This document shows, piece after piece, positions 1 to 11,551 of a DNA stretch of 20,000 nt (within the stretch, counting starts at the first letter, position 1; each line of letters opens with the position of its first letter). The position numbers and the translations under genes were made by a program. Origin of the DNA: Vermamoeba vermiformis. Lineage: Eukaryota. The stretch is from positions 729,052-749,051 of the forward strand of contig JBEWZL010000239.1 of NCBI GenBank assembly GCA_045837725.1. The letters are read 5' to 3'. Under the pieces are notes generated by a model. It ran no database searches. It was not told the DNA's origin and saw nothing but the letters and a program-made list of their open reading frames with translations.

Positions 1-2
1 AG

Positions 3-1023
3 ATTTACAAGTTGTTGGTGCACATCTACCGCGAGATTGGCTTCAGACAAATGTCCGAGCTCTACGTCAAACTGTTCGCCAAGAAGTCCAAGTCATTCTT
101 GCTCGAGAGCGTGTCACGTGCTGGTTACGTACCTCCAAAGCGTAACGACGACGAAGAGGCCAAGATCAAATCAGACAACATGGAAAAAGTCAACCTGAAT
201 GCTAAGCCGTAAGTGTTGGATTATGGATTTATTATAACGACGTATTAACTCGGTAATATAGCAGTGACAATGACCGTGAAGTGAGCATCTTAGTGGACGA
301 TGAAAAGGCTCTTTACAACGTCGACTTCAACGCACTGAACATCACCGACAAGAAGCCTCTCAGCTTGGCCCTTGAAAATGCCTTCAGATATTTGCAACAA
401 GATCACAAGTACGTGCATTATATGTTAATAGAACACGATGTTAATCCTTTAATAGGGCGTACAAGGGCTGGGTAGATCTGACCAAGGGCGAGTTTGCCGA
501 CAAAGCCGTGAAGAAATTGTTCCCAGCCGAGTTGACACGAATTGGTTTGATCGCTCATCGTCTCGAATACCTCAAAGAGAGCGAGCATTTGTTCGCGACT
601 TATTGCGCACAAAAGTTCTGGTCCACCACTGTTTGGCTAGAACTCGTCGCGATCTACACTGAACGCAAAGACGTCAAGTAAGTATAAGCAACCTGTTATA
701 TATAGAGCAACGTTAACTCGATGTCAGGAACGCACTTATTGCTGCCAACCATATTCTGAATCACTTGACTCAACTTTATCAGTCCACCAAAGTAAGTTTG
801 ACTCGTGTCTGCCAAACTTCCACTTCTATTTTGCTAATTTGCACAATAGGTTCCTACAGTGATCAAGGTGCATATTTACAACTTAATCTCGTTGACCACC
901 TCCAAGAGAGTTCGTGACGTCGTTCGTCAATTGATCGAGCAAGAAAAGCTTCCGTTGCATCCGCAGATCCAACAGTTGGTTATTGATGCAACTATGGCCA
1001 AGGTCTTCAATTCTGAAAATTAA
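3..1023 (+). CDS. 3' part of a ChAPs family (Chs5-Arf1-binding / exomer cargo adaptor, Bch1/Bud7-like) TPR-type protein; multi-exon, 5' end outside the window
   Basis: The spliced frame (first intron 209-261, further GT-AG introns near 409-455, 679-727 and 792-849) reads IYKLLVHIYREIGF...LENAFRYLQQDHKAYKGW...ELTRIGLIAHRLEYLKESE...FWSTTVWLELVAIY, ending at TAA 1021-1023. This resembles the recalled ChAPs C-terminal pattern (Y.lL..I...iGw; LDnLF..LYeDl..y..w; W..lG.lA.RL...eeA). Confidence 0.6.
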
Positions 1024-1160
1024 CAGGAATAAAGATACTCAATTTTGTGATCAACGTGTCGTAAAAAGCGTTTCTTTTTCTCCTTCCCATTTTTATGTCA
1101 ACTCATTCAAAATACAACACAAGCAACAAATTAATAATTTTATTTAATACAACATAAATA

Positions 1161-2724
1161 ATGGATAGAAGCAAGCGACGGCACGAGAATCATTCAGATC
1201 AACCGCAGAAAAAAGTCAAAATAAATAATAGAAATAATGACAATTTATTTCCATCGTTGGCAGAGTTACATGACGACATTTTGGACCATATTATTACCAA
1301 ATTTTTAGGGGTGAGTTCCTTGCTTACCTTGGCAATGACATGCTCCAAGCTTAACAATTTAGTCAGTTCTCAATATAAGCGAATTATGCGCAGAATATTT
1401 CCTTGTCGTATGGATACAACCGAGGAAGTCAGAGATCAGATCCAATCCGAGTTGAAAAACATCGCAAAGATAGAGAAGGCTTTTAATAACAAAGTGCGAG
1501 TTATTGAGGTCGATGATGATCCTCAGCGCAATGTTCCACCAATTTTCAAATCCTTTCCAGGGGATCCAAACAAATTGATGTGTGTTACGGCTGGAGCTGA
1601 CAACAGCCTCGTGCAAATTGTAGACATGGAACAAGGCAATATTTATGCAGTCAGTATAAACTTCTCAATTCAAGATGTAGCAATGTCTTCCGATCAAAAA
1701 GTTGCTTTTCTCGGTCGGGATGGAAGAGTGCAGATCCACTCCGTCAAGAATCCAGCGAATTGGACCAAAGTTTGTGCATTCAAAACCGAACTTCTGCGCG
1801 CTAATATTGTCTGGATGAGTAAGACGAGTCTGAGTGTAATTTAATGTCGAGTCTAATCCTCTCCTCCACAGGTTCTACTGGCCACTGGCTCATTTACCAC
1901 AAGACAGTGGGCAATTATCAAATTGTTAATGAAATGGGCGAAACAATCAAAGAGGTGCAATACCAAGACAACAAGTGGCGTTTGTTCGCGATATCCGACG
2001 ATGGATGTGACGCGGTTCTACTTTTATACAGGCGTAAGTGCAGCAATAGATGATTCGTAAGTACTAACGTAGTTTATGCAGCATATAAATGTGGCACATT
2101 AAGTCGCGTTGATTTATTGACTAATGAAGCTACGTGGTTATCCGACACCGAAGACGCGGCAGATGATTTTTGCAACTTCAAATTTCTCACTGGCACTGAT
2201 TGGGTGGCCGTACGAACGCTTTTAACATAGTAGCTGTATTCTAATTACGTGTTATTTAGTGGCAGAGAATGGGCACAGAGAAGTTTGCGCTGTTCATGTA
2301 CAACTTGAAGACCGGTGAGCGCTACTGGACGCCAACGAGCTGCGGTCCAAGGCTATCGTACGGCGGCACAATGGTGTGCCACACAGGCGATAAATTCAAA
2401 GTCTTGAAGGTGCATGATCTCTACTCGGATGAGCGTTTCGAAATAGGTCCTTTTGATAATTGCAGGCTACATTCCGCGGAATGGACGCACCTGTTAGATG
2501 AAGACGGCAATGTGAACGAACGCATTGTAGCGACACTTAGTACTATCAACCGTGCGATTGGTATAATCGATCCGAGCTCTGGCAAACTGTTAGCTGAAGT
2601 GTACAACGCGGGATATGACGTGCAGTGGAAGTTGTACTGCCTCTTGGCAAACGGTCGCACACTTGTATTTCACGACCAGTATGATCGACACGGCTTGTAT
2701 TTCATGGTTTGGAACTTGTATTAA
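1161..2724 (+). CDS. F-box protein with C-terminal beta-propeller-like region (4 exons)
   Basis: F-box motif SLAELHDDILDHIITKFLGVSSLLTLAMTCSKLNNLV follows a basic N-terminus. Introns 1819-1871, 2034-2081 and 2210-2259 join ORFs 1161, 1844 and 2269 in frame. Beta-rich, WD-like segments are present (DVAMSSDQKVAFLGRDGRVQIHSV). Confidence 0.8.
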
Positions 2725-2741
2725 ATCTATATCACATCGAT

Positions 2742-4929
2742 TTATTTACTCGTCTTTTTGGTCTTTTTCTTCGTGTTCGTTAGTGGTCGTTTTGATTTCT
2801 TCCCTTTGTCGCTAGTTTTGTTGTCGTTGTCGCGCGCTTCTTTTTTCTTTCCGAAACCCATTTTCTTCGGGGCGCTCTTGAACAAGAGTCTAATCGGTGT
2901 GCCTGTGAAGGGATAGTGCTTGCGAATAGCGTTCTCCAAGTACCGTTCGTAGACGTCATTGATCAGATCGACATTAGTGGCGAAGATTACGAAGCACGGC
3001 ACGCTCATGGAAATCTGCGTGATGTATTTGATCTTCACTTCTCGATTGCCATCGTGTGGTGCTCGTTGCAGTAATTGTGCTCGTTGCAGAATGGTGAATA
3101 ATTCATTGCTGCGCACTTTAGCTTTGCGTTCTTTAGCGATCTGCACGGCCAGATCGACCAGCTCGGGAATGTTTTTGCCCGTTTTGGCTGAAGTGAACAT
3201 GATGGGAATGTACGGCCAGTACTTGAAATAGCTGCTCACACCCTCTCTGTAGCTCTCTTTGGTGACTTGGCCGTTCTGTTCTGCCAAGTCCCATTTGTTG
3301 ACAACAATGACAGCTGATCGATGGCGTGACACCACAAAGCTGGCAAGTTTGACATCGGCCATTGAAGGCCCGGTCAGTGCGTCAATCACGATCAACGACA
3401 GCGTACTTCTGTCGATCACTTTCAAGGCCCACAACACGCTCAACTCTTCCAATTCGTCTTCGCGCCGCTTTCTAATGCCAGCTGTGTCGATTAACGTGAG
3501 CGGTGTTCCTCGCCACGTGACGAGTTCGTCGACTGGATCGGAGGTCGTGCCTTCGACCGGTGACACGATGGCACGTTCCACGCCGAGAATTGCGTTCAAC
3601 ATGCTGGACTTGCCGACATTAGGCTTGCCAATGATGCTGATTTTAGTTTCCCCGGTGTTCAGACTGCTTTCTTCTTCGTCTTCGCTTGCAGGCTTTTCAA
3701 AACCAAGCTTCGGGAACAATTCTGTTATTTTGTCGAGCAGATCTATTGTGCCAAGGCCGTGTGCTGCTGACATATTCAAAGGATCGCCGAGTCCAAGACG
3801 TTCGATGCTAATGTTCGTTAGAAGAGTCATTGCATGGTTTGAGAATATACGTACTTCATGCCGGCGACAGCTTCAAATCGATCGGGATTGTCCACCTTGT
3901 TCATGACCAAAATGACAGGTTTGCGTGCCAGGGAATTTTCTTTTTGTTCGGCATCGGTCACGCCTTGTTTGCGCAAAATTCGTGCGAGATCTTTGTCGCT
4001 TTGCACCGGATTGGCTTTGTAATCTGCGGCGAGTTAGACACGCTTTCTTAGGCGAGTAGCTGTTAATAATACGTGCCTAACATGTAAATTATGACGTCTG
4101 CTTCGGCGATGGCTGCAAGTGCTTGTGCGTGAATGTCGTGCGACCACGGGTCACTGTCACCAAACATGCCTCCAGTGTCTGCCACGATAAATCTGCGTTC
4201 TGTATTAGCGTGTCATCGCAGCATGTAACTCAATTCGACGTACTGCCAGTCGTGCCACTCGCACACACCGTACACGCGATCACGTGTCGTGCCAGGCGTG
4301 TCAGTGATCAGGGCTTTGGATTGGCCCACGAGACGATTGAACAGCGTTGATTTGCCTACATTAGGACGACCGACAATTGCCACGAGTGGTTTGCGACTGA
4401 GAAAATATTAGCACGTGGTTCTTTAGCAGAATCAATCACCTACCCTGCCTCGGGTTTGTTGGTCTGAGTATCTGGTTCGCTGAGTACTTCGCGCCGTTGT
4501 CTCGGATGGCTGGCTAATGACTCGATATCTTTGCGCTCTAAAATCTGTTGCTGGTCAGTTTTGATGAATTCACGATCGCGGATCATACATTTTTTACTAA
4601 ACGTGTTGGTGAGGGCTGCCATTCATATTTAATTGGATCATGTGTTCTCTTTTTTACATTTTTGGTGTCCACCCAACTTTTAATGTCCTCTCGCGCTTAA
4701 AAAAAATGTCAATAATTAGATCTATTGTCCTGAAGCTTCTAAAAAATCAATAATGCCAAAAATAAAGTATCTAATCATAATAATAACCTAATAGCGTATC
4801 TTCAGATTTTTTTGAGGCAGTGTTGGTCTTCTGGTCTTTCTGGATCTTATTCTCGTTGGATCGAGCTGGCTTATTGGCACCTTTGGTTGCAGAAGAGCCA
4901 ATTGCCCTTAAAATTATTGATCTGTACAT
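2742..4929 (-). CDS. der: Ribosome-biogenesis GTPase Der/EngA (two G domains plus KH-like domain), probably mitochondrion-targeted; 7 exons
   Basis: GD1 has [28 protein letters not shown] and NKVD; GD2 has [20 protein letters not shown] and NKWD; the C-terminus has Y.RYLENAIR...FTGTPIRL. Exons are 4929-4788, 4695-4589, 4544-4444, 4396-4244, 4192-4077, 4023-3855 and 3807-2742. The two 5'-most exons are less certain. Confidence 0.93.
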
Positions 4930-5035
4930 TATAGACAATAAATATTGATGTGCACATCAAGAAAATTTCGTTACAAATGACGGGTTGACTTTTTTCCTTT
5001 AGTTCACCTGTGGAGCACAATAGGCAAACCACATT

Positions 5036-6779
5036 ATGAAGTCCGTATTAGTATTGATCGCCGTTTTATGCTGCACATGCTTTGTGCAAGCTGCTGTTGC
5101 GAAGAAGGACGGATGGCAGCCAAACTTCCCCGTTTTTAACTGCTCATCGTTGCCAACGCCTCCTCCTGCTAATGACGTGCGTCAATTGCGTCCAGGAGTA
5201 AGTAATTGTACATTTAAATGGATTGAAACGCATCTGGTGACGTCCTTCTAACGCTTTTTAGAATATCAAAGTTGTAATGGCAGTTGGCGACTCTATCAGG
5301 TAAATAACGATAATTATGCCGAATATCTTAATTATAGGCGTAAATTAGACTTTTCATTAGCTATTTCTATTTACTGGTGGTTGAAAATAGTAATCAAGCC
5401 CACTAACGTGATCGTACTCGATATTATAGTGCCGGATTTGCCATGAATGCTGGTCATTTTTGGGACGTAAAAGGTTTCGTCGAGTTTCGAGGGGATGTGT
5501 TCTCGATCGGTAAGAGAATCGATTTCTTTTCGCAAGTGCACCCATAAAATAAAATAATTATGACAGGTGGCAACCCGAAAGCCAAAACTATTCCTAATTA
5601 TCTAAAGGTAACCCGCAGACCCTGCGATCTGTCAAAAATATTGACATTTCTATTTTCAGAACTACAACCCAAATATCGTCGGTGCTTCCGTGGGAGATTC
5701 TTTACCCTTGGATGCCTTACAATGGCAAAATCATATCATTCAACCGTTCGATCCCGAAATTACGCACTTGAACGGAGCGCAATCCATGGCACGTATTGAT
5801 CACGTTCCTGCTCAAATTGAGTAAGTGCTAATTTACGCTAATATTCTCGTGTATTAACATATAGCAGCTACATTACACAATCGTTGCAAACCACGTACAA
5901 AGATAAAGTGGATTTCAAAAACGATTGGAAAATGATGACCATTTTTATCGGTATGACGAATATTGATAGCCACTGCATATGCTGACTATTGTAGGTGCTA
6001 ATAACATCTGCCCGTCGTGCACGAACCGAACGGACGTTACTCCCGAGTATTTCGAGCGGGTAAATACTTCAAATTTATTACTGGTTGAGCTAGCTAACTA
6101 GGTTAACTTATTGATTTCAGATGATGGATTTCGTAGTTAATAAGATCTACACGCAAATCCCTCGCACGTATGTGAACATCGTGCTGTTGTTCAATATTTC
6201 ACAAGGTACTGTGTTGTGCACCGTTTCTGCTTTGGATCTGACATTTTGCTCTAGTGCGCCACATTGTTATGCAAAGTGACTACTGCTACTTCATGTGGGA
6301 CACTTTTTGCAAGGGCGAGTGCGGTTGCATGACAGATCCGAAGACTACACCTGCCAACTTGTAAGCCCGTCAAAGAGTCGTGTTAACGTATTATTATCGC
6401 TCACTGCTTACTACTTTAGACAAGCCATGGACCAGCACAGCGTTTGGTTCAATCAAGCCATCAGAAAAGTCGCCAAGAAGTGGCAGTCCAAGAACTTGAA
6501 GGAGTTCAACGTCATTGCTCAGCCTTTCATCGAGAACTGTAAGTTACAATATCTTCGCAAAGGCGCGTCTAATTCGATCGTGCAGTGTTGATTCAGCCTG
6601 AAATTGGCTTGGACTTCTTGAGCAAGCTAGATTGTTTCCACCCCAGCACCGTGGCCAACGTCGCGTGGAGCATTGGTCTGTGGAACAACATGTTGACTCC
6701 TGAAGGTCAAAAAGAGACCAATCTCGATCTCAACAACTTGTACTATAAGTGCCCTGATGCCAACACGTTCTTGCAATAA
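5036..6779 (+). CDS. Secreted phospholipase B1-like SGNH/GDSL lipase (many short exons)
   Basis: Signal peptide MKSVLVLIAVLCCTCFVQA is followed by the PLB1-type motifs LRPGNIKVVMAVGDSISAG (catalytic Ser), EFRG.VFSIGG, TIPNYLK.YNP, DFKNDWKMMTIFIGANN and LDCFHPS...A.GLWNNML (DxxH). Confidence 0.9.
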
Positions 6780-6794
6780 ATTCTAGTTTTGTGT

Positions 6795-8438
6795 TTACGC
6801 GTAGGCCACTGCAAAGTAATAAATCGGCTTGCAAGTCAGCACGATCACTAGTTGCACGAATCGAATGCGCGGTGAGTTCAGCTTTGGATTGAAACCAAGT
6901 ACGCCAGTGTGCTCGAATGCCAGCAGCATCACTACAAGAGAGTCAATTTTCTTTCTATTAAACAGCCTTGACTCACGTACCAACGCCTAACAAGATGCAC
7001 GACGAATAGGGCATGGTGATCCGTTGATGTACTCCCATGACAGCGTACTCGTGAAAAAACGCTGAAACAGTGCATGCTGTGATCATGGCCTTTGTCTTTC
7101 CAAAGCCAAAAACTCGTTGACTGAAGGAAATAGTTATTAATAAGCTGTCGGTTACAACGATGAGTTTCTTACCTTTGTTTGTGCGGATACTCGTGCAACC
7201 AGCGATGGACCGGCGCGCTCCATTTTTGGAAGAACTTCGTGACAGATTCCGTCGTGCTTGTGAACGATATGATTAATATATGGCCTTGTAATCCTTTAAA
7301 TCTGATAAACATACTCAGCGTAGTAATAGTTCTTATGAGGGTATCCAGTCACATCCGCTAAGAAACTCATGAAGCAGTACCAGAAGGCGTATTTGCTATG
7401 CGTGCGTTGGCGTTAACATAAATGGGCAAATATGAACTTACCTTAGCTCGAAGCACAGCACTATGACCGGGACATGGCTAACGTACAACCAAGCAGAAAA
7501 GGGCTGTTCCAGAGCGGGAAACACAATCCAAATATCTAAGCGACTATACGTTAAAATAACGTACTAATGCATTATAAAGAGCTCTTACGCAGCCAATGCA
7601 CGATGCTGAAGCAGCAGACCGCTACAAATAGCTCACGAATAGCTCTGGGAATATTCGTCTCGATAGTCTTCAAGTTCTGTTCGTAAACTAACGTTGGATA
7701 CCACACAAATTTTACGAAGCTAATTAAGCAGTGCCGCGCTACAAATCTTGGTTAGCGCTAGATATCGTTGAAATATCGCGGGTGTACCTGAACCCTCCTG
7801 CTTTGACGATTCAAAAGCGTGCAATTTCATGCAAAGTGCAATTGCTTGGAGAAGTACTAACGAGGCACTTCCTGTTGTGCAAGAAAAATATTGGAATTAA
7901 AGGCAGACTAGCGAACGGATAACTTGCCAAGATTCAATCGGAAGTGCGCAACCCAGTAGAGCGGGGCAATTAAGATTATTAATTGACTCGATGCATATAC
8001 GATTATCCAAGCGATGTTTTGAGTGAAAGTGAGGCGAAGTAAAAGTACACAAGCAACGCAGAGCAGTCCTTGAAGCTAGGTGAATAATCAGAAATTATTC
8101 TTATTTTTAATAATACTTGATACACTACCGTAGTCACTAAAATGGCATTATGTAAATTATCAAACGCAAAGCGAAGAAAAGAAAAATATTTAGCAACAAT
8201 TATTGGCGATCTGATTGCGTGTACGACCATGAACGCCATCATAATTCCCTGGAAAGCAAAATAAAATTAGAATAAATTTTTTTAAGGAATTTGCGCGTAC
8301 TAAAATGAATAAGCGATGCGCTTGAAGATCTTGATAAAAGTTGTCGAAGCTTAGATTGTCGTAGGAGTGAAGATATGAGGCCTTTGTGCCAGCTTTGGGC
8401 GTATTTGTACGACGGGTGTGTTGTGCCTTGTCTTTCAT
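6795..8438 (-). CDS. MBOAT membrane acyltransferase of the DGAT1/sterol O-acyltransferase (ACAT) group, divergent
   Basis: The spliced minus-strand frame gives MKLHAF, YPTLVY, FLADVTGY, ESVTKFFQKWSAPVHRWL and SAFFHEY (catalytic His), with multiple hydrophobic segments. ATG is at 8438 and TAA at 6797-6795. Confidence 0.85.
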
Positions 8439-8671
8439 TTGAACGTTGAGAAAAGGATCTACACGCAGAAACGGTCTCGTTCGGCTACAACCACCGTTAC
8501 AGTTTCAATTTGATGATTCCTATAAATTACTCGGATAAGGGCGACTGCGAATAGATAGCGATAATTCTGAGTACTTTTCTTGTTTCATTTTTTAAACTGG
8601 TTCGGCGGCACAAACAGTTTTGCAAATAAACAAAAGTGCGGTACCACTACAGAAGGCTTAGGAATAATATA

Positions 8672-11090
8672 ATGACTGCTTCGTGGGGTGCTGTATTGAA
8701 CTGGCGCAATTATTTTCGCACCCAAAGGCTAGACATTGGCGATACCAATACATGTAAGTATAAACGTATAAATATCGTAGATAATAAGATAGGAATTAAT
8801 GTAATTATTTGGCAGTGTTGGCGAAAGTATTGGGTATTTTGGATCTCATCGCTTATGGTGTTGCTAGCACTGTCGGAGTAAGGAATAATATATGTTTAAT
8901 ACCATTATATCTAGATTATAATTATCACCAAATATTATCAAGAATAACTGAAGTAAGATTGCAAATTGAAAATCGATCAGATCGTGATCAACCGTCCAGG
9001 TTCCATTTAATTCAATTTATTGTCCACAATGTTAACAAAAATAAATATTTTTAGGCTGGTATTTTCGTAATCACGGGCACAGCAGCCAGAGATTTAGCGG
9101 GCCCGGGAGTGGTGCTGAGTTTCCTTTTCGCCGCCTTTGCTTCATTGCTATCAGCGTTTTGCTACGCCGAATTTGCTGCTAGAATTCCTGGTAATTATTG
9201 AGATCGCCAGAAGGAAAAACAAATTTACTAACGTTTTTAGTTGCCGGATCTGCATATACTTTTTCCTATGTTGCTCTCGGTGAGATCGTTGGTTGGCTGT
9301 AAGTTAGCATAAATTATATTAACTGATGTAACCATTCTTATTACTCAGTGTTGGTTGGAATTTGACGTCTGAGTACGCCATCAGCGCATCCGGTAAGTAC
9401 TCGGCGGTTATTTAGCGTCGTAAATTTCTTCTAATGATAACTCAGCCGTGGCTCGCTCATGGGCCGAGTACTTGGTTGGATTTTTCAAGACCGTTGGCGT
9501 GCCTATGCCCGTGTGGTTGTACGAATATGACTTGCCTTGGGAGTGGTCCAAGGGCTTGTTCTCACTGTCGCCGCTCTCCGTGCTCATTATCTTCTTGTGC
9601 ACTTTGCTTTTAGTATTCGGTAAGCGCACACATGTCGCAGTACGAGGGTAGTTGTTAACAAGCTGACAGGTGTCAAGGAATCAGCTACATTCAACAAGAT
9701 TGTCACCGTGTTCAATATCACTGCAATTTTGTTCATTATTGTCACTGGAGCATTTTATGTTGATCGCGCCAATTACAAAGAGTTTTTCCCTTACGGATTC
9801 AACGGTGTGTTCAAGGGTGCAGCCAAGGTCTTCTTCGCTTACATTGGCTTTGATGCCGTGTCTACACTCGCTGGTGAAGTCAAGAAACCTAAGCGTGATC
9901 TGCCGTTGGGTATTGTCGGTACTTTGGGCATTGCCACCGCCTTGTATTGCGGTGTCGCTATCGGTAAGTCCACATCAATCACGCGTCTGTTAGTCCCTAA
10001 CACGCTCGCTCAGTCATCACCGGTATGGTGCCCTACAGTCTCCTTACCGACACTCCTTTGGCTGATGCGTTCGATCGTGTTGGATTGCACTGGGCTGCCA
10101 TTGTCATCGGTATCAGCTCCGTGCTGGCACTCAGTGTCACAACGCTTGCTTCGTTGCTCGGTCAGCCTCGTATTTTCTTCCAAATGGCACAAGACGGTCT
10201 TTTGTTCGCCGCTTTTGGTCGCGTCAACAAGCAGCAGTCTCCTGTCTTTGGCACGTGGATCACCGGTTTGTTCGCCGGTGTGTTGGCCGCTGTCTACGAC
10301 TTGGATCAATTGACTGGCATGATTTCTATCGGTACTTTGCTGGCCTTCAGCGTTGTGTGCGGTGGTGTGATTGTGTTGAGATACCGTGATTCCGCTGTCA
10401 CTGCTTCATCCGAGCCTTTTTTGCCAAGTAAGTGGCGATCCTAATTGACCTGCTTCGAGACTAATATCTGTGCAGAGTACTCCGAGGCTCAACTCCCTTA
10501 TGCTCGTCCTTCGTTCCGTGGATTTGAAGGCCTGGCTCGTTTCTGTTCTAAAAATATCTCGCTGGTGATCGTCGTTTATTTCTTGTTCTGCGTCGGTTGG
10601 GCTGTGCTCGCCAGCAGTTTGGTAAGTCATAATAACATCGTAAACGGTTCTAATTGATTCAAAGCAAAACGCTTACGACACCGATCCCGAAAACACTAAA
10701 ATGTGGGTCCTCGCACCTGCCGCAGTGCCATTGTTGCTCACATATTTTGCATTGCAAATCATGAAGTAAGTGTCAATTTACGCCACAAATGCCACGAAAT
10801 CGTACACAATATTGACCCGTATATTAATCAGCCACCGAGATTGTCCCGATACCTTCCAAACACCACTTGTGCCTCTCTTGCCAATGCTCGGTGTCTTGGC
10901 AAACATCTATTTGATTTGCCGTCTGACTATTGAAGCCGTGGTGCGAGTATTGATCTGGTCGGGCATTGGCATTATCATTTACATGACCTACGGCATCCGC
11001 CACAGCAAACTCAACAATCCTGCTACTAACGGCTTCGATGAGCGCACGCCTATTTTGGTCAATGCTAACAACGAAGACAAGAGCGATTGA
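8672..11090 (+). CDS. Cationic amino acid transporter (APC superfamily, CAT/SLC7A1-like)
   Basis: Motifs include DLIAYGVASTVGAGIFV, AGPGVVLSF, FCYAEFAARIPVAGSAY, FFAYIGFDAV, EVKKPKRDLPLGI, GQPRIFFQMAQDGLL, ISIGTLLAF and C-terminal FQTPLVPLLP...YGIRHS. The gene has multiple short GT-AG introns. Confidence 0.95.
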
Positions 11091-11551
11091 GATTAATGGT
11101 GAGGTAATAAAGAACGAATTCACAAAAGCAGGATCCAAATCCAGAATTTTTACAAATTAAATCTCCGCTGTTGGAATTATTTCTAAATTTAGTCAAAACC
11201 TGCGTTTAATAACAATATAATCCACTGACTGATCATAAAATGAACACTTTGTGTTGCGATGGTTGTTTTTGGCCGAAGATCGCTAAGAAGAACACCACTT
11301 GACGGATGTAAGTTGAAACATTTTGCAATTAATATCCACGAACGTTCCTAAACTTGCTATCGTATCTTAGAGATTATTCGAACGTATCGCAACGGAAAAT
11401 AGAAAGAAGAAATTTCGGGAAGAATCGAATCTGGTTTGCTCAAATTTTCGATAAGAAGTGCCGCATAGTACAGTCATCTGGCTATAAGAAGAACGAAATT
11501 ATTTTGATTCAGTACAACTAGTACTTGCCCAACAACAGACACACGCGCCGA

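Noticed and set aside
2959-4350. Plus-strand ORFs 2959, 3259, 3830 and 4123 (and similar antisense ORFs over other genes)
   Set aside because: These are antisense shadows of the well-supported der gene and other CDSs.
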